This document shows positions 28,190 through 43,904 of a DNA stretch of 64,000 nt, piece by piece (the first letter of the stretch is position 1; the number at the start of each line of letters is the position of its first letter). The notes below the pieces were generated by a model. It was given only the letters and a program-made list of their open reading frames with translations. It was not told where the DNA came from and ran no database searches. Position numbers and translations under genes: made by a program. The stretch is taken from NCBI RefSeq assembly GCF_009914755.1, contig NC_060939.1; one strand, given 5' to 3'. Origin of the DNA: the human T2T-CHM13v2.0 reference genome, Homo sapiens.

Positions 28190-28310
28190 CTCCTTCTCCT
28201 GGCCCACCCCAGACCTACTGAATCCCAGGCTCTGTGGGGAGGCCCAGCCATTTGTCTTAGGAAGCAGGCCAGGTGATTCTGATACACAGGAAAGTCTGAA
28301 AACCTCTGTC
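28190..28310. mobile_element. MER5A fragment
   Basis: ccccagacctactgaatc...ccaggtgattctgatacacaggaaagtctgaaaacctctg. Confidence 0.75.
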
Positions 28311-28314
28311 TCCT

Positions 28315-28478
28315 GTCAGAGCGCGGTGGCTCACGCCTGGACTCTAAGCACTTTAGGAGGCCAAAGCGGGAGGAGCGCTTGGGCCCAGGAGTTCGAGACC
28401 AGGCTGGGCAAAATGGTGAGACCAAGACCCCGTCTCTACAAAAAACTACAAAACAGAAGAAAAACAAAACAAAAAGCA
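28315..28478 (+). mobile_element. FLAM monomer retaining CpGs
   Basis: 18-bp TSD tgaaaacctctgtctcct/tgaaaacctccgtctcct. Confidence 0.85.
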
Positions 28479-28924
28479 TGAAAACCTCCGTCTCCTTTCC
28501 CAGCAGGGACCAGCCCTCCCACTCCGCTGATGATGGGGGTACTGGGGAGCGCAGCGGTGCGCAGGCACCTGGGGTTCCGTGCCTCTCCTCACCCGCCGAG
28601 CCCCGCAGCAGTCCCGCTGCCTCTGCTCTGCAGCACCCTGACTTGCGGTGCTCCCCACCCACCGCCGTGCTTGTCAGCTCCAACTCCGTGCTGGACCTTG
28701 GCTGGCTCTGAGCAGGTTTCTCCATTGGTGGAGAATTTGAATATGTTTCATTCAAGAAATCCCAGCAAAACACAAGGGTAATGCTGAATATTTTAAATAT
28801 CGGTGGATAAAAAGTGAATGAAACACACACACAAAAGTAATACAATCTCTTAATAAATATGAAGAGATTCTATCTTTCAAATATAGAAATGGAAATGAGA
28901 AAAATAGCATTTTGCCTACTGTCA

Positions 28925-29206
<282 letters not shown>

Positions 29207-30125
29207 TCACATTCTTGAGAGCAATTTGGCAAAACGGATCAAGAATCATTCAAATGCTTACCCTTTAAAGTCATATTTTACTTCTAAGCATTTTGCCTAC
29301 AAAAATAATGCACATTAAAATTTCTCTACAAGGATATTAAGTTTAGGATAATTTTTATGATAAAAATTGCCCGTAGCATAAGTATTAATGAAAGGAGAAT
29401 AGTTAAATTTATTAAGGTAAATTCATCGGGTGGACATTATACACCATTTCCAATCTGTTCAAGGAAAGTTTAATGACGCGGCAGAAATACGTTATATGCA
29501 CAGAGTGGGATCTAAAACCTGAATCACAACATGCATTTCACTTAGAGACGAAAGAGATTGAGATCTTGATTTTGTTCTGTTTGACTTGCACTCATTCTCC
29601 CAATCTGTCTTTCACATGCTGATTGAGCACTTTATACATCAACTGATCAGCATTTTGAGGAATCTTACCAGGAAACTGCTTGCTGGCCAAAGTTTTAATT
29701 TTGGCACCTGCATCATTGCTGTGCTTGGGCAATTGTCTGAATATTTCTATTACATCTTGTCATTATTTTATAAAAGGGAGAGGGGAATGGAACTATGAAA
29801 GTGCTGTGGCAAGATTTGTCATTCTCACAAAGGCAGTGACAATATGAAGTTGGACATCTGAAGTGGGCTGTCAGCTGCAGTCATACCTGTGAGCTCAATT
29901 GTTGAGAAAAGATTCAGAATTAGTGATGATGTCCATAATGCCAGAAGTAAACTGTGAAGGTTGCGTCTGAAAGGCAAGATTTGATTAGGGATTTGTATTA
30001 TTCTTTCTATTATATTCGAAAGTAGAAATCTGCCTGTGTGCATAGAAAAACTTAGAAGGCAATATACTAGAATATTAAAATATTAAAAATTGTTGTTTTG
30101 GGATGGTGAGACTGCTTCTAAATAT

Positions 30126-30364
30126 TTTTTCTTTCTTTTTTTTGAGACGGAGTCTCACTCTGTCACCAGGATTCTCCTGCCTCTGCCTCCTGAGTAGCTG
30201 GGATTACAGGCACCTACCACCACGCCAGGCTAATTTTTGTATTTTTAGTAGAGATGGGGTTTCGCTATGTTGGCCAGGATGGTCTCGATCTCCTGACATT
30301 GTGATCTGCCCACCTCGGCCTCCCCAAGTGCTGGGATTACAGGCCTGAGCCACCACGCCCAGCC
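30126..30364 (-). mobile_element. AluSc-type with ~60-nt internal deletion
   Basis: tgtcaccagg joins attctcctgcc; TSD agactgcttctaaatatt. Confidence 0.85.
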
Positions 30365-30629
30365 AAGACTGCTTCTAAATATTCTTAAAAGGATATGAAT
30401 ACTTTTATAATCAAGTAAAGCATTAAATGTTATTTTTAAGGAGGAAAGAAGAAAGTGCACCTTATCAACCTGCTAAAATGTAACTGAATATAATAATGCT
30501 GGTTATAAGATGATGCTCTTTTCTGGACCTGTTCCAGCTTGTGAATATTCCTTTTTAAACATAGTCTTCAAAGCCAACACAATTCTCCAGGTAAGGCTGA
30601 TTCCCTGGGGACTCTGGGGAGATTGGATG

Positions 30630-31050
30630 GAATCAGAGAATCTCAGAATCATCTAGGTTAATAGCTCTCTCAATCTGTGAATCCCAGCACCATCTAACCA
30701 TTAGTATTAATTTGCTTTTCTATGAAAGTCCTTCAGCTGTATGAAAGCAGCTGTCCTGTTCCCTCTTTTATTTTTTCCTAAAATTCACGAATATTTATAA
30801 GGCACCAGCAGTGTAATACACACTAGACCCTTTCCCATCATTTAACGACATTTTCTTTGTTTCAGACTGGATGTGCCTAGTTCTTTCAGTCATCTCCTCT
30901 ATGACATAGTGATGGGTATTCTCGCTGTCTTGAATGTTCTGATTTGCTGATGTCCTTTAACATGTGACAACCAAAATTAACACAGAAGAGGCTTTACCCA
31001 TGCAGAGTACAAAAGGTGAAGTGCCTCTGTTTCATTCCTGTAGCTGACAT
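30630..31050 (-). mobile_element. L3/CR1 fragment
   Basis: cctagttctttcagtcatctcctctatgacatag...aacatgtgacaaccaaaattaacacag...gcagagtacaaaagg. Confidence 0.55.
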
Positions 31051-31481
31051 GGCTGCAGTGATTCTGTTGTGAAATTACACCTGTGCAGACTGGTACATGA
31101 ACCAGGTTTGCTTAAGGACATGCTCAGCCCACAGATGTAGGCTGCGTCATGCATCTGTAGACAGATGAGCACCTTCATTGGTGCCTCCATCTCTTGTCTC
31201 TCCCTTCTTTCCCATCCCATGGTTGGCTATCAGAATTCTCTCTCTGCTTTTAAAAAGCCACTTTACAGAAGTATGACTGATAAACAAAGAGCTGTACAAA
31301 TTTACTGTACACAACTTGATGAATTTGGAGATAATTATGTACCTATGAAATCATCATGACAATTTATGCCATAAACATATTTACCAACTCCAAAAGTTTC
31401 CTCCTGCCCTGTTTATTAATTATTATTATTACTATTTGTGATAAGAGCACTTAACATAAGATCTACCCACTTAGTAAATTT

Positions 31482-31777
31482 TCTCTTTTTTTTTGGAGAC
31501 AGGGTCTTTCTCTGCTGCCTAGGCTGGAGTGCAGAGGCGTGAATATGGCTCACTGCAGCCTTAACCTCTCAGGCTCAAGCAATTCCTCCCACCTCAGTCT
31601 TCTGAGAAGCTGGAACCAAAGGTGTTTGCCACCATGCCTGGTTACTTTTTTATTTTTTGTAGAGACAGAGTTTTGCCATGTTGTCCAGGCTGGTCTCCAA
31701 CTCCTGGGCTCAAGCCATCCTCCCCACGTGGCCTCACAAAGTGCGGGGATTACAGGCATGGGCCACCACCCCCAGCC
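31482..31777 (-). mobile_element. AluJ
   Basis: TSD cccacttagtaaattt. Confidence 0.9.
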
Positions 31778-32285
31778 CCACTTAGTAAATTTTTAAGTAT
31801 ACAATATGTTATTGTTAACCATAGACACTATACTATGTATAATATATACTACTGAATAGTAGATCTGGAAGATTTATTCATCACGCACAACCAAAATTTT
31901 GTACCCTTTGACCCATATCTCCCCATTTTCTTCTCTCCCTAGCCCCTGGCAACTACCATGCTACTCTCTGCTTCTATGACTTCGGCTATTTTAGATTCCA
32001 TGTATAAGTGGTATCATGTAAATTTGTCCTTTGGTGTCTGGCTTACTTCACTTAGCTTAATGTCTTCCGGGTTGATCCATGTTGTCAATAAGGAAAAAAT
32101 TCTTTCTTTTTAAAGGCTAAGTAATATTTCACCATACACACACACACACACACACACATACACACACACTCTATATATATATATAAACATTAAACACCAT
32201 ATATATGGTGTATTATATGACGAAATATTAAACACCATATATATGGTATTCAATGTTTATATATACACTATATGTATACACACAC

Positions 32286-32325
<40 letters not shown>

Positions 32326-33499
32326 CTACACACACACACACACATTTTCTTCACCCTTTCATCTGTCTACAGACATTTAGCATTTAGGTTGCTTCCATGT
32401 TTTTAATATTATGGATAATGCTGCAATGAACAGGTTACTGTTCCTTCCTTCTTCTTCCAAATCCTGCTTTCAATTTATTTGGATATATACTTAGAATCAT
32501 AGTAGTTCTACTTTTAATTTTTTGAGGAACCTCCATACTGTTTTCCATAGTGGTTGCACCAATTTACACTCCCATCAACAATGTAAAAGCATTCTCTCTT
32601 CCCCACATTTTCACCAACACTTATCTTTTGTTTTTCTAATAGTAGCCATCCTCATAGGTGCGATCTCATTGTGGTTTTGATTTGCGTTTCCTTGATGATT
32701 ATTATGTTGAACACATCTTCATCAATATGTTAGTCATTTGTATGTCTTTGGAGAAATGTCTACTCAATTTCTTTGCCCATTTTCTAATTGGGTTATTTAT
32801 TTATCTATTTATTTTTGCTAATAAGTTGTAGGAGTTCCTTATGTATTTTGGACACTAACCCTTTATCAGATACATGGTTTGCAATACTTTCTCTCACTAT
32901 GTAGGTTGTCTTTCCATTTTGTTGTTTCCTTTGCTATGCAGAAGTTTTTTAGTTTGATGTAATCTCACTTGTCCATTTTTGATTTTGTTGCCTGTGCTTT
33001 GGTGGCCATATCCAAGACATCATTGCCAAGGCCAATGTCAAGAAGCTTTTTAAAACCCTATGTTTTCTTCCACTAGTTTTACTGTTTCAGATCTTACATT
33101 TAAATGTTTATTTTGAGTTGATTTTTGTGTATATTATGAGATAAGAATCCAGTTCCATTCTTTCTCATGTGAGTAACCAGTCTTTCCAACACCATTTGTT
33201 GAAAAGCCTACAACTTCCCCATTGTATATTCTTATATCCTTGTGGAAGATCAGTTGACTGTACATGCCTGGATTTATTCTGGCACTCTCTATTCTATTCC
33301 ATTAGTCTGTATCTCTTTTTATAACCTAGTACCATATTGTTTTCATTACTGCAGCTTTGTAATATATTTTGAAATTAAGTAATGTGATATTTCCAGTTTT
33401 GTTCTTCTTGCTCTAAATTGCTTTGCTTATGATTCATATGATTTTAGAATTACCTTTCCTATTTCTGTAAAACATACATTGGGATTTTAATAAAGATTT

Positions 33500-33894
<395 letters not shown>

Positions 33895-34053
33895 TCAGTC
33901 TATGAACATGAAGTGTATTTCCATTTATTTGCGTCTGCTTTAATTTCTTTAATCAGTGTTTTATAGTTTTTAGCGTACATGTTTTTCAGCCCTTTGATTA
34001 AATTTATTCTTATTGTTTAATGCTATTGCAAATAGGATCATTTCTTTAATTTC

Positions 34054-34419
34054 CAATCTGGTTTGGCTTTGTGTCCCCACCCAAATCTCATCTTGAATTG
34101 TAATTCCATAATCCCCACATGTTTTGGGAGGGGCCTGGTGGGAGGTAATTGAATCATGGGGGCAGATTCCCCCCATGCTGTTCTCATGTTAGTGAGTGAG
34201 TTCTCACAAGACTTGATGGTTTTATAAGGGGCTTTCTCCTGTGTTCGGCACTCATTCTCTCTTCCTGCTGTCCTGGGAAGAGGTGGCTTCCACCATAATT
34301 GTAAGTTTCCTGAGGTCTCCTCAGCCATGTGGAACTGTAAGTCAGTTAAACCTCTTTCGTTGATAAAATACCAAGTCTTGGGTATGTCTTTATTAACAGT
34401 GTGAGAACAAACTAATACA
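34054..34419 (+). mobile_element. THE1D/MSTA-type MaLR solo LTR
   Basis: ggtttggctttgtgtccccacccaaatctcatcttgaattgta...aactaataca; 5-bp TSD atttc/atttt. Confidence 0.88.
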
Positions 34420-34489
34420 ATTTTCCTTCTGAATAGTTTGTTGTTAGTGTATAGAAATGCAACTATTTTTTTTTCTGCATCTCTATTGC

Positions 34490-34785
<296 letters not shown>

Positions 34786-34854
34786 TTAATTTTTATATGT
34801 TGATTTTATATTCTCAAGTATACTGAATTTCTTTATTGGTTGCAACAGTTTTTC

Positions 34855-34856
34855 TG

Positions 34857-34887
<31 letters not shown>
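34855..34887. repeat. (TG)n microsatellite
   Basis: Read directly. Confidence 0.9.
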
Positions 34888-36422
34888 AATCATTAGGGTT
34901 TTCCACATATAAGGTCATGCCATCTGCAAACAGAGATAATTTTACTTCTGCCTTTCAAATTTGGATGCCGTTTATTTATTTATTTGCCTAAATGCTCTGG
35001 CTAGGAATTCTCTGTACTATGTTTAAGAGGAGTGGCAAGAGTGGGCATCCTTGCCTGGTCCAGATTTTACTGGAAAAATTTTCAGTATTTCACCATTGAG
35101 TATAATGTTAGCTATAGACTTTTCATAACTAACTTTTATTGTGTTGAGATAAGTTCCTTCCATACCTAATTTGTTGAGGGTTTATATCATGAAAAATGTT
35201 GAATTTTTTAAAGTGTTTTTTCTGCATCTATTTAGACAATCATGTGATTTTTATCATTCATTTTGTCAATAATCAACATTACATTGATTGATGTGAATAT
35301 GTTGAGCCATCCTTTTCTCCCAGGGATAAATCTCACTTGGTTATGGTGTATGATCCTTTTAATATGTAGTTAAATTCAGTTTGGCAACATTTTGTTGAAG
35401 ACTTTTTGCATCAATGTTCACATGCTATTGACCTGTAGTTTTGTTTTCTTGTGTTGTCTTTGTCTGCACTGGAATCATGGTGATGCTTGCCTCATAAAAT
35501 GCATTTGAGTGTGTTCCCTTTTCTTACATTTTTTTAAAAGGAGTTTAATAAGAATTGAGGTTAGTTCTTCTTTGACTGTTCGGTAAAATTTATTTGTGAA
35601 GCCGTCTTGTCCTGGGCTTTTCTTTGTTGGAAGGTTTTCCAAATTATTATTATTACTGATTCAATCTCCTTGTTTGCTATGGGTCTGTTCAGGCTTTCCA
35701 TTTCTTCTTGATATCAGTCTTCTTAGGTTTTATGTCCCTAGGAATTTATCCTTTTCTTCTAGGTTATCAAATTGGTTGGCATATAACAGTTCATAGTAGT
35801 CTCTTATGATCCCTTTTTATTTCTGTGGTATCAGTTTTTATGTCTCCTCTTTCTGATATTATTCAGTCTTCTCTATTTTTTTCTTAGTCTAGCCAAGGAT
35901 TTGTTGATTCTGTTTATCTTTTTAAAAAAACAAATCATAGTCTTTTAAATTTTTGTCTGGTATTTTTCTATTCTCTATTTTATTTGTTTCTGTTTTCATC
36001 TTTATTGTTTGCTTCCTTTTGCTAACTTTGGGCTTAGTTTGCTCTTCTTTTTCAAATTCCTTGAATGTAAAGCTGGGTTGTTTATTTGAGATATTTCTTC
36101 TTTTTTATTGCTTTATAGACATTTATTGCCATAAACTTCCCTCTTCATATTGCTTTTGGTTTATTCCATAAGTTTTAATATGTTGTGTTTTTGTTTTCAT
36201 TTGTCTTGAGATATTTTCTAAATTTTTCTTGTTTTTCATTTATACATAATAATTATACATAATTAAGGGTTATATGTGATATTTTGATACATACATGCAA
36301 TGTATAATGATCAAATGAGGGTAATAGGATATCTATCACCTCAAACATTTATTCTTTCTCTGTGTTGAGAATACTCCAGATCTTCTCTTCTAGCTGTTTC
36401 AAAATGTACAATAAATTATTGT

Positions 36423-36714
36423 GGGCTGGGCTTGGTGGCTCATGCCTGTAATCCCAGGACTTTGGGAGGCCTAGGCGGGAGGATCACGAGGTCAAGAGAT
36501 CGAGACCATCCTGGCCAACATGGTGAAACCCCGTCTCTACTAAAAAATACAAAAATTAGCTGGGTATGGTGGTGTGTGCCTGTAATCACAGATACTCAGA
36601 AGGGTGAGGCAAGAAAATCGCTTGAACCCAGGAGGAAGAGGTTGCAGTGAGCCGAGATCGTGCCACTGCACTCCAGGCTGGCAACAGAGTGAGACTCCGT
36701 CTTAAAAAAAAAAA
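36423..36714 (+). mobile_element. AluSc
   Basis: ggatcacgaggtcaagagatcgagaccatcctggcc; ctggcaacagag. Confidence 0.9.
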
Positions 36715-36821
36715 TTGTGAACTCTAGTCAGCCTCCTGTGCTATGGATCACTAGAACTTTTTCCTTCTATGTAATTGAATTTCTATTTTTACTTTTTAAA
36801 ATTTCTACCTCCCTCCACTGA

Positions 36822-37134
36822 TTTTTTCTTTTTTTTAGAGACAGGGTCTCACTCTGTTGCCCAGGCTGTGAGTGCAGTATTATGATCATTGCTCACTGCA
36901 GCCTTAAGCTCCTGGGCTCAAACAATCCTCCTTCCTGCCTCCTGCCTCAGCCTTCCAAGTAGCTAGGATTACAGGCATGTAACACCATGCCTGGCTAGCT
37001 TTTTAGTTTTATTTTTTGCAGAGACGAGGTCTTGCTATATTGCCTATGCTGGTCTCAAACTCCTGGGCTCAGAAATTCTCCCACTTCAGCCTCCCAGAGT
37101 GCTGGGATTACAGGCAATATACACTGCGCCTGGT
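36822..37134 (-). mobile_element. AluJ
   Basis: Reverse Alu; flanking repeat tgtaattgaattt. Confidence 0.88.
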
Positions 37135-38009
37135 TGTAATTGAATTTTGTACCCATTAACCAGACTTTTAAAAATTGCTTCCTTCCCCTTCTCCTTCTCA
37201 CCCTCTGGTAATCATCATTCTACTCTCTACCTTCATGAGCTCAATGTTTTTAGCTCCTATATGTGACTGAGAACATGTGATGTTTGTCTTTCTGTGCCTT
37301 GCTTATATCAGTTAACATAATGTCCTCCAGTTCTATCTATGTTACTGCAAATGACAGAATTTCCTTGTTTTTAAAGGTGAATAGAATTCCACTTGTGTAT
37401 AAGCCACATTTTATTTATTCATTCATCCATTGATTGACACGTAGGTTGATTTCATAACTTGGCTATTGTGAATGCTGCTGCAATAAACACAAGAGTGCAG
37501 ATATCTCTTTGATATATGAATTTCCTTTCTTGTAGAGGTATACCCAGCAGTGAGATTGCTGGATTCACTTTTTGAGGAACCGTCACATGGTTTTCCTAGT
37601 GTCTGTACTAATTTACATTCTCACCAACAGCGTGCTAGCATTTCCCTTCCTCTGCCCCTTTGCTAACATTTGCTATTTTTTTTCTTTTTGATAATAGCCA
37701 TTTAAACTAGGGTGGGATGGTGTCTCATTTTGGCTTTGAGTTGTATTTCCCTGATGATTAGTGATGTTGAACATTTTTTCCATATACACATTGATTATTT
37801 GTCTTCTTTTGTGAAATATGTATTCAGATCATTTGCCCATTTTTAAATCAGATTATTTTAATTTCACTATTAAGTTGAGTTCCTTAATATTCTGGTTATT
37901 AATCCTTTGGCAGATGGATAGTTTACACATATTTTCTCCCATTCTGTAGGTTATCTTTTCTCTCTGTTGGTTGTTTTCTTTGCTGTGCAGAAATTTTAGC
38001 TTGATATAA

Positions 38010-38328
<319 letters not shown>

Positions 38329-38850
38329 CTATTTTCACTTGTGTTGCTTGCTCTTGTGAGGTCTTACCAAAAAAATCTTTGCCCAGACAAATGTTCCGAA
38401 TCCTTTTTCCATGCTTTGTTTCAGTAGATCTATAGTTTCATGTCTTAGATTTAAGTTTTTAATCCATTTTGATTTGATTTGATTTTTGTATGTGGTAAGA
38501 GATAGGGTTCTAGTTCCATTACTCTGCATGTGGCTATCCAGTTTTCCCCGCACTGTTTACTGAAGACACTATCCTTTTCCCAATGCATGCTCTTGGTGTC
38601 TTTGTTGAAAATGAGTTTGTTGTAAATGTGTGAATTTATTTCTGGATTCTCTCTGCAATGCCATTGTCTATGTGTCTGTTTTTTGTGCCAGTACCATGCT
38701 ATTTTGGTTACTATAGCTTTGTAGTATATTTTGAAGTCAGATAGTGATTCCAGATTTGTTGTTTCTGGTCAGGATTGCTTTGGTTATTCAAGGTGTTTTG
38801 TGGGTCTACACAAATTGTAGGATTGTTTTTTCTATTTCTTAAAGAATGCT

Positions 38851-39152
38851 GGCTGGGGGCAGTGGCTCACACCTGTGATCACTGCAGTTTGAGAGGCTCG
38901 GGCAGGAGGATTGCTTGAGGCCAGGAGTTGGAGACCAGCCTCGGCAACACAGTGAAATCCCTGTTTCTACAAAAAATTTTCAAAAATAGCTGGGTGTGGT
39001 GACACCTGCCTGCAGTCCTAGCTACTTGGGAGGCTGAGTGGGAAGATTGCTTGAGTCTGGGAGGTTGAGGCTATAGTGAGCTGTGATCGTGGCACTGCAT
39101 TCCGGCCTGGGTGACAGAGCAAGACCCTGTGTCAGAAAAAAATAATATAAAA
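38851..39152 (+). mobile_element. AluJ
   Basis: ggaggattgcttgaggccaggag; full dimer. Confidence 0.9.
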
Positions 39153-39708
39153 TGCCATTTGTATTTTCATAGATATTGCATTGAATCTGTAGATCACTTT
39201 GGGTAGTATGAACATTTTAACAATATTAATTCTTCCAATCTGTGAGCATGGGATATCTTTTCACATATGTGTTTATATCCTCTTTAATTTTTTTCATCAG
39301 TGTTTTATAGTTTTTGTTGTAGAGATTTTCACTCCTTTGGTTAAATGTATTTCTAGGTATTTTTTGTAGCTATTGTAAATGGAATTGTTTTCCTGATTTC
39401 TTTTTCATTTTGTTCACTCTTCTTGTATAAATCTGTTACTGATTTTTGTGTGTTGATTTTGTATACTGCCACTTTTACTGAATTCATTTATCATTTCCAG
39501 TTGTTTTTTGGGGGAGTTTTTAGGTTTTTCTAAATACAGGATCATGTCACCTGTGAACAAGGACAGTTTGACTTCTTCCTTTCCAATTTGGATGCCCTTT
39601 ATTTCCTTTTTTTTTTTAACTTTTATTTTAAGTTCAGGGATGCAAGTGCAGGTTTGTTACATAGGTAAACATGTCATGGGGGTTTGTTGTACAGATTATT
39701 TCATTACC

Positions 39709-40237
39709 TGCCGAGACCAGAGACCAGCTTGGTCGTGGAGACCCTAACCCAGTGGTGCTAGAGGTATTAAAGACACACACACAGAAATATAGCATGTGGA
39801 GTGGGAAATCAGGGGTCTCACAGCCTTCAGAGCTGAGAACCTTGAACAGAGATTTACCCACATATTTATTGACAGCAAGCCAGTGATAAGCATCGTTTCT
39901 ATAGATTATAGATTTACTAAAAGTATTCCTTATGGGAAACCAAGGGATGGGCTGAAACAAAGGGATGGGCTCTGGCTAGTTATCTGAAGTAGGAGCATGT
40001 CCTTAAGGCACAGATCGCTCATGCTATTGTTTGTGGCTTAGGAACACCTTTAAGTGGTTTTCTGCCCTGGGTGGACCAGGTGTTCCTTGCCCTCATTCTG
40101 GTAAACCCACAACCTTCACCGTGGCCATCATGGCCATCATGCTGAACATGCGAACATGTCACAGTGCTGGAGAGATTTTGTTTATGGCCAGTTTTGGGGC
40201 CAGTTTATGGCCAGATTTGGGGGCCTGTTCCCCAACA
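39709..40237 (-). mobile_element. MER9 solo LTR (HERV-K9/HML3)
   Basis: Reverse strand tgttggggaacaggcccccaaatctggccataaactggccccaaaactggcc...gtctcggca; 6-bp TSD attacc/atcacc. Confidence 0.9.
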
Positions 40238-42337
40238 ATCACCCAAATATTAAACTTAGTACACATTAGTTGTTTTTCTTGATCTTCCCCCTCCTCCCAC
40301 CCACCCTCCAAAAGGCCCCACTGTGTGTTGTTTCCCACTATGTGTCCATGTGTTCTCATCATTTAGCTCCCACTTATAAGTGAGAAAATGCAGTATTTGG
40401 TTTTCTGTTCCTGTGTTAGTTTGCTAAGAATAATGGCCTCCAGCTCCAATCTATGTCCCTGCCAAGGACATGATCTCATTCTTTTTTTTTTATGGCTGCA
40501 CAATATTCCATGGGGTATAGTTACCACATTTTCTTTACCCAGAATATCATTCTTGGGCATTTAGGTTGATTCCATGTCTACATTATCGTGAATAGTACTA
40601 CAGTGAACATACATATGCATGTGTTTTTATAATAAAATGACTTATATCCCTTTGGGTATATACCCAGTAATGGGATTGTTGGGTCGAATGGCATTTCTGT
40701 ATTTAGGTCTTTGAGGAATCACCACACTGTCCTCCACAATAGCCAAACTAATTTACACTCCCACTAAGAGTGTATAAGCATTCCTTTTTCTCCACAACCT
40801 CACCAGCATCTGTTATTTTTTTAACTTTTTAATTGTAGATGGTATCTCATTGTGGTTTTGATTTGTATTTCTCTAATGACCAGTGATTTTCAGTATTTTT
40901 TTAATATGATTGTTGGCTGCATGTATGCTTTATTTTGAAAAATGTCTGTTTATGTCCTTTGCCCACTTTTTTTTATGGGGTTGTTTGTTTTTTTCTTGTA
41001 AATTTGTTTAAGTTCCTTATAGACATTGGATATTAGGCCTTTGTCAGTGCATAGTGGGCAAAAATTGTCTCCCATTCTGTAGGTTGTTTGCTTACTCAGA
41101 TGATAGTTTCTTTTGCTGTGGAGAAGCTTTTTAGTTTAATTAGATCCCATTTGTCAATTTTTGCTTTTGTTGCAATTGCTTTTGGTGTCTTTGTCATGAA
41201 ATTTTTGCCCATGCCTGTGTTCTGAATGGTATTGCCTAAGTTATCTTCCAGGATTTTCACAGTTTGGGGTTTTACATTTAAGTCTTTAATCCATCTTGAG
41301 TTAATTTTTGTATATGATATAATGAAGGGGTCCAATTTCAATCTTCTGCAAATGGCTAGCTAGTTATCCCAGCACCATTTATTGAATAAGCAATCCTTTC
41401 CCCATTGCTTGTTTTTGTCAGGTTTGTAAAAAATCAGATGGTTGTAAGTGTGTGGTCTTATTTCTGGTTGTGTATTCTGTTCCATTGGTCTATGTGTCTG
41501 TTTTTGTACCAGTACCATGCTGTTTTGGTTACTGTAGCCCTGTAGTATAGTTTGAAGTCTGGTAATGTGATGCCACGAGCTTTGTTTTTTGTGCTTAGAA
41601 TTGCCTTGGCTATACAGGCTCTTTTTTGGGTCCATATGAATTTTACCATAGTTTTTTCTAGGTCTGTGAAGAATGTCAGTGGTAGTTTAGTGGGAATAGC
41701 ATGGAATCTATAAATTGCTTTGGGCAGTATGTCCGTTTTCATGATACTAATTCTTTCTATCCATGAGCAAGGAATGTTTTCCCATTTGTGTCATCTCTGG
41801 TTTCTTTGAGCAGTGTTTTCTAATTCTCATTGTAGAGATCTTTCACCTCCCTAGTAGCTGTATTCCTAGATATTTTATTGTTTTGGTGGCAGTGGTGAAT
41901 GGGAGTTCATTCCTGATCTAGCTTTTGGCTTGACTGTTGTCAGGGTAAAGAAATGCTAGTGATTTTCACACATTCATTTTGTTCCTTGAGACTTTGCTTA
42001 AGTTGTTTATCACCTTAAGAAGCTTTTGGGCTGAGGCTGAGGTTTTCTAGATATAGGATCATGTCATTTTTGAACAGGGATAGCTTGACTTCCTCTCATT
42101 TTTATTTGAATGTCCTTTATTTCTTTCTCTTGCCTGATTGCCCTAGCCAGAACTTCCAATACTATGTTGAATAGGAGTAGTGAAGGAGGGTATCCTTGTC
42201 TTCTGCTGGTTTTCAAGGGGAATGCTTCTAGCTTTTGCCAATTTTGCAGGATGTTGGCTGTGGGTTTGCATCGATTGCTCTTACTATTTTGAAGTATGTT
42301 CCTTAAGTACCTAGTTTATTGAGACTTCTTAACATAA

Positions 42338-42640
<303 letters not shown>

Positions 42641-43904
42641 ATTTTGAATTTTATTTAATGCCTTTTCTGCATCTATTGAGAAAATCATGTGGTTTTTATC
42701 CTTAGTTCTGTTTATGTGATGAATCACATTTATTAATTTGCATATGTGGAACCAACTTGCAACCTGGGGATGAGGCCTACTGGATCATGGTGCATAGGCT
42801 TTTTGATTTGCTGCTGGATTTCGTTTGCCAGGATTTTGTTGAGAATTTTTGTACTGATGCTTGTTAAGGATATTGGATGTCCTTTATGTCCTTCTCTTGC
42901 CTAATTACTCTAGCTAGGACTTCCAGCACTATATTGAATAAAAATAGTGAAAGTGGGCATTCTTGTCTTGTTATAGATTTCAGAGGAAAGGCTTTCAACT
43001 TTTTCACCATTCAGTATGATTTTAGCTGTAGACTTTTCATATGTGGCTTTTATTGTGTTGAGATATGTTTCTTCTATATACAGCTTGTTGAGAGTTTTAA
43101 TCATGAAGCAATGTAAATTTTATAAAATGTTTTCAGCATTTATTTAAACAATCATTATGTCTTTTGTTCTTCATTTTGTTAATGTGATATATCATGTTCG
43201 TTGATTTGTGTATGTTGAACCGTCTTTGAATTCCTGGAATGAATCTCACTTGATCATGACAAATGTTCTTTTTAATGTGTTGTTGAATTTGGTGTGCCAG
43301 TATTTTGCGGAGAATTTTTTGTATCTATATTTATCAGGAATATTGGCCTGTAGTTTTGTTTTTTGTTGTATCCTTATCCTTATCTTTTTGCTGTGTCGTT
43401 ATCTTTTTTGTTGTATCCTTATTTGGTATTGCAGTAATGCTGGCATTGTAGAAGGACTTTGGAAGTATTCCCTTCTCTTCAATTTTTTGGAATTGTTTGA
43501 GTAGTATTGGTACTAGTTCTTTAAATGTTTAGTAGAATTCAGCACTGAAGTTGTCAGTTCCTGGACTTTTTTTCTTTTAATGGGAGACCTTTTATTAGTA
43601 CTTCAATGTCATTACTTGTTATTGGTCTGTTCAGGTTTTCTGTTTCTTCATGGTTCAGTCTTGGTAAGTTATATGTGTGCAGAAATGTATTCATTTCTTT
43701 CAGGTTTTCCAATTTGTTGGCATATAGTTGTTCATAATAGTCTTTAATGATCTTTTGTGTTTCTGTGGTATCAGTAGTAATGTCTCCTTTTTATTTTTGT
43801 TTTAATTTATTTGGTTCTTCTCTCTCTCTTTTTTTTTTTTTTTTTACTTAGCTAAAGCTTTGGTGATTTTGTTTATCTTTTCAAAAAAAAAAAAACAAAT
43901 TTTT

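Larger units (their letters stand above)
27700..28710. promoter_or_regulatory. Small CpG-rich patch (orphan CpG-island-like promoter/enhancer candidate)
   Basis: Dense CpGs (gcgcggctgtgcgcgcgcggc, gcgcagcggtgcgc) against a CpG-depleted background; embedded old repeats keep their CpGs. Confidence 0.5.

Noticed and set aside
27985-28845. Longest ORFs (286 aa on -, 230 aa on + at 27789-28481)
   Set aside because: They cross MER5A and FLAM sequence in a GC-rich, stop-poor patch and show no recognisable protein
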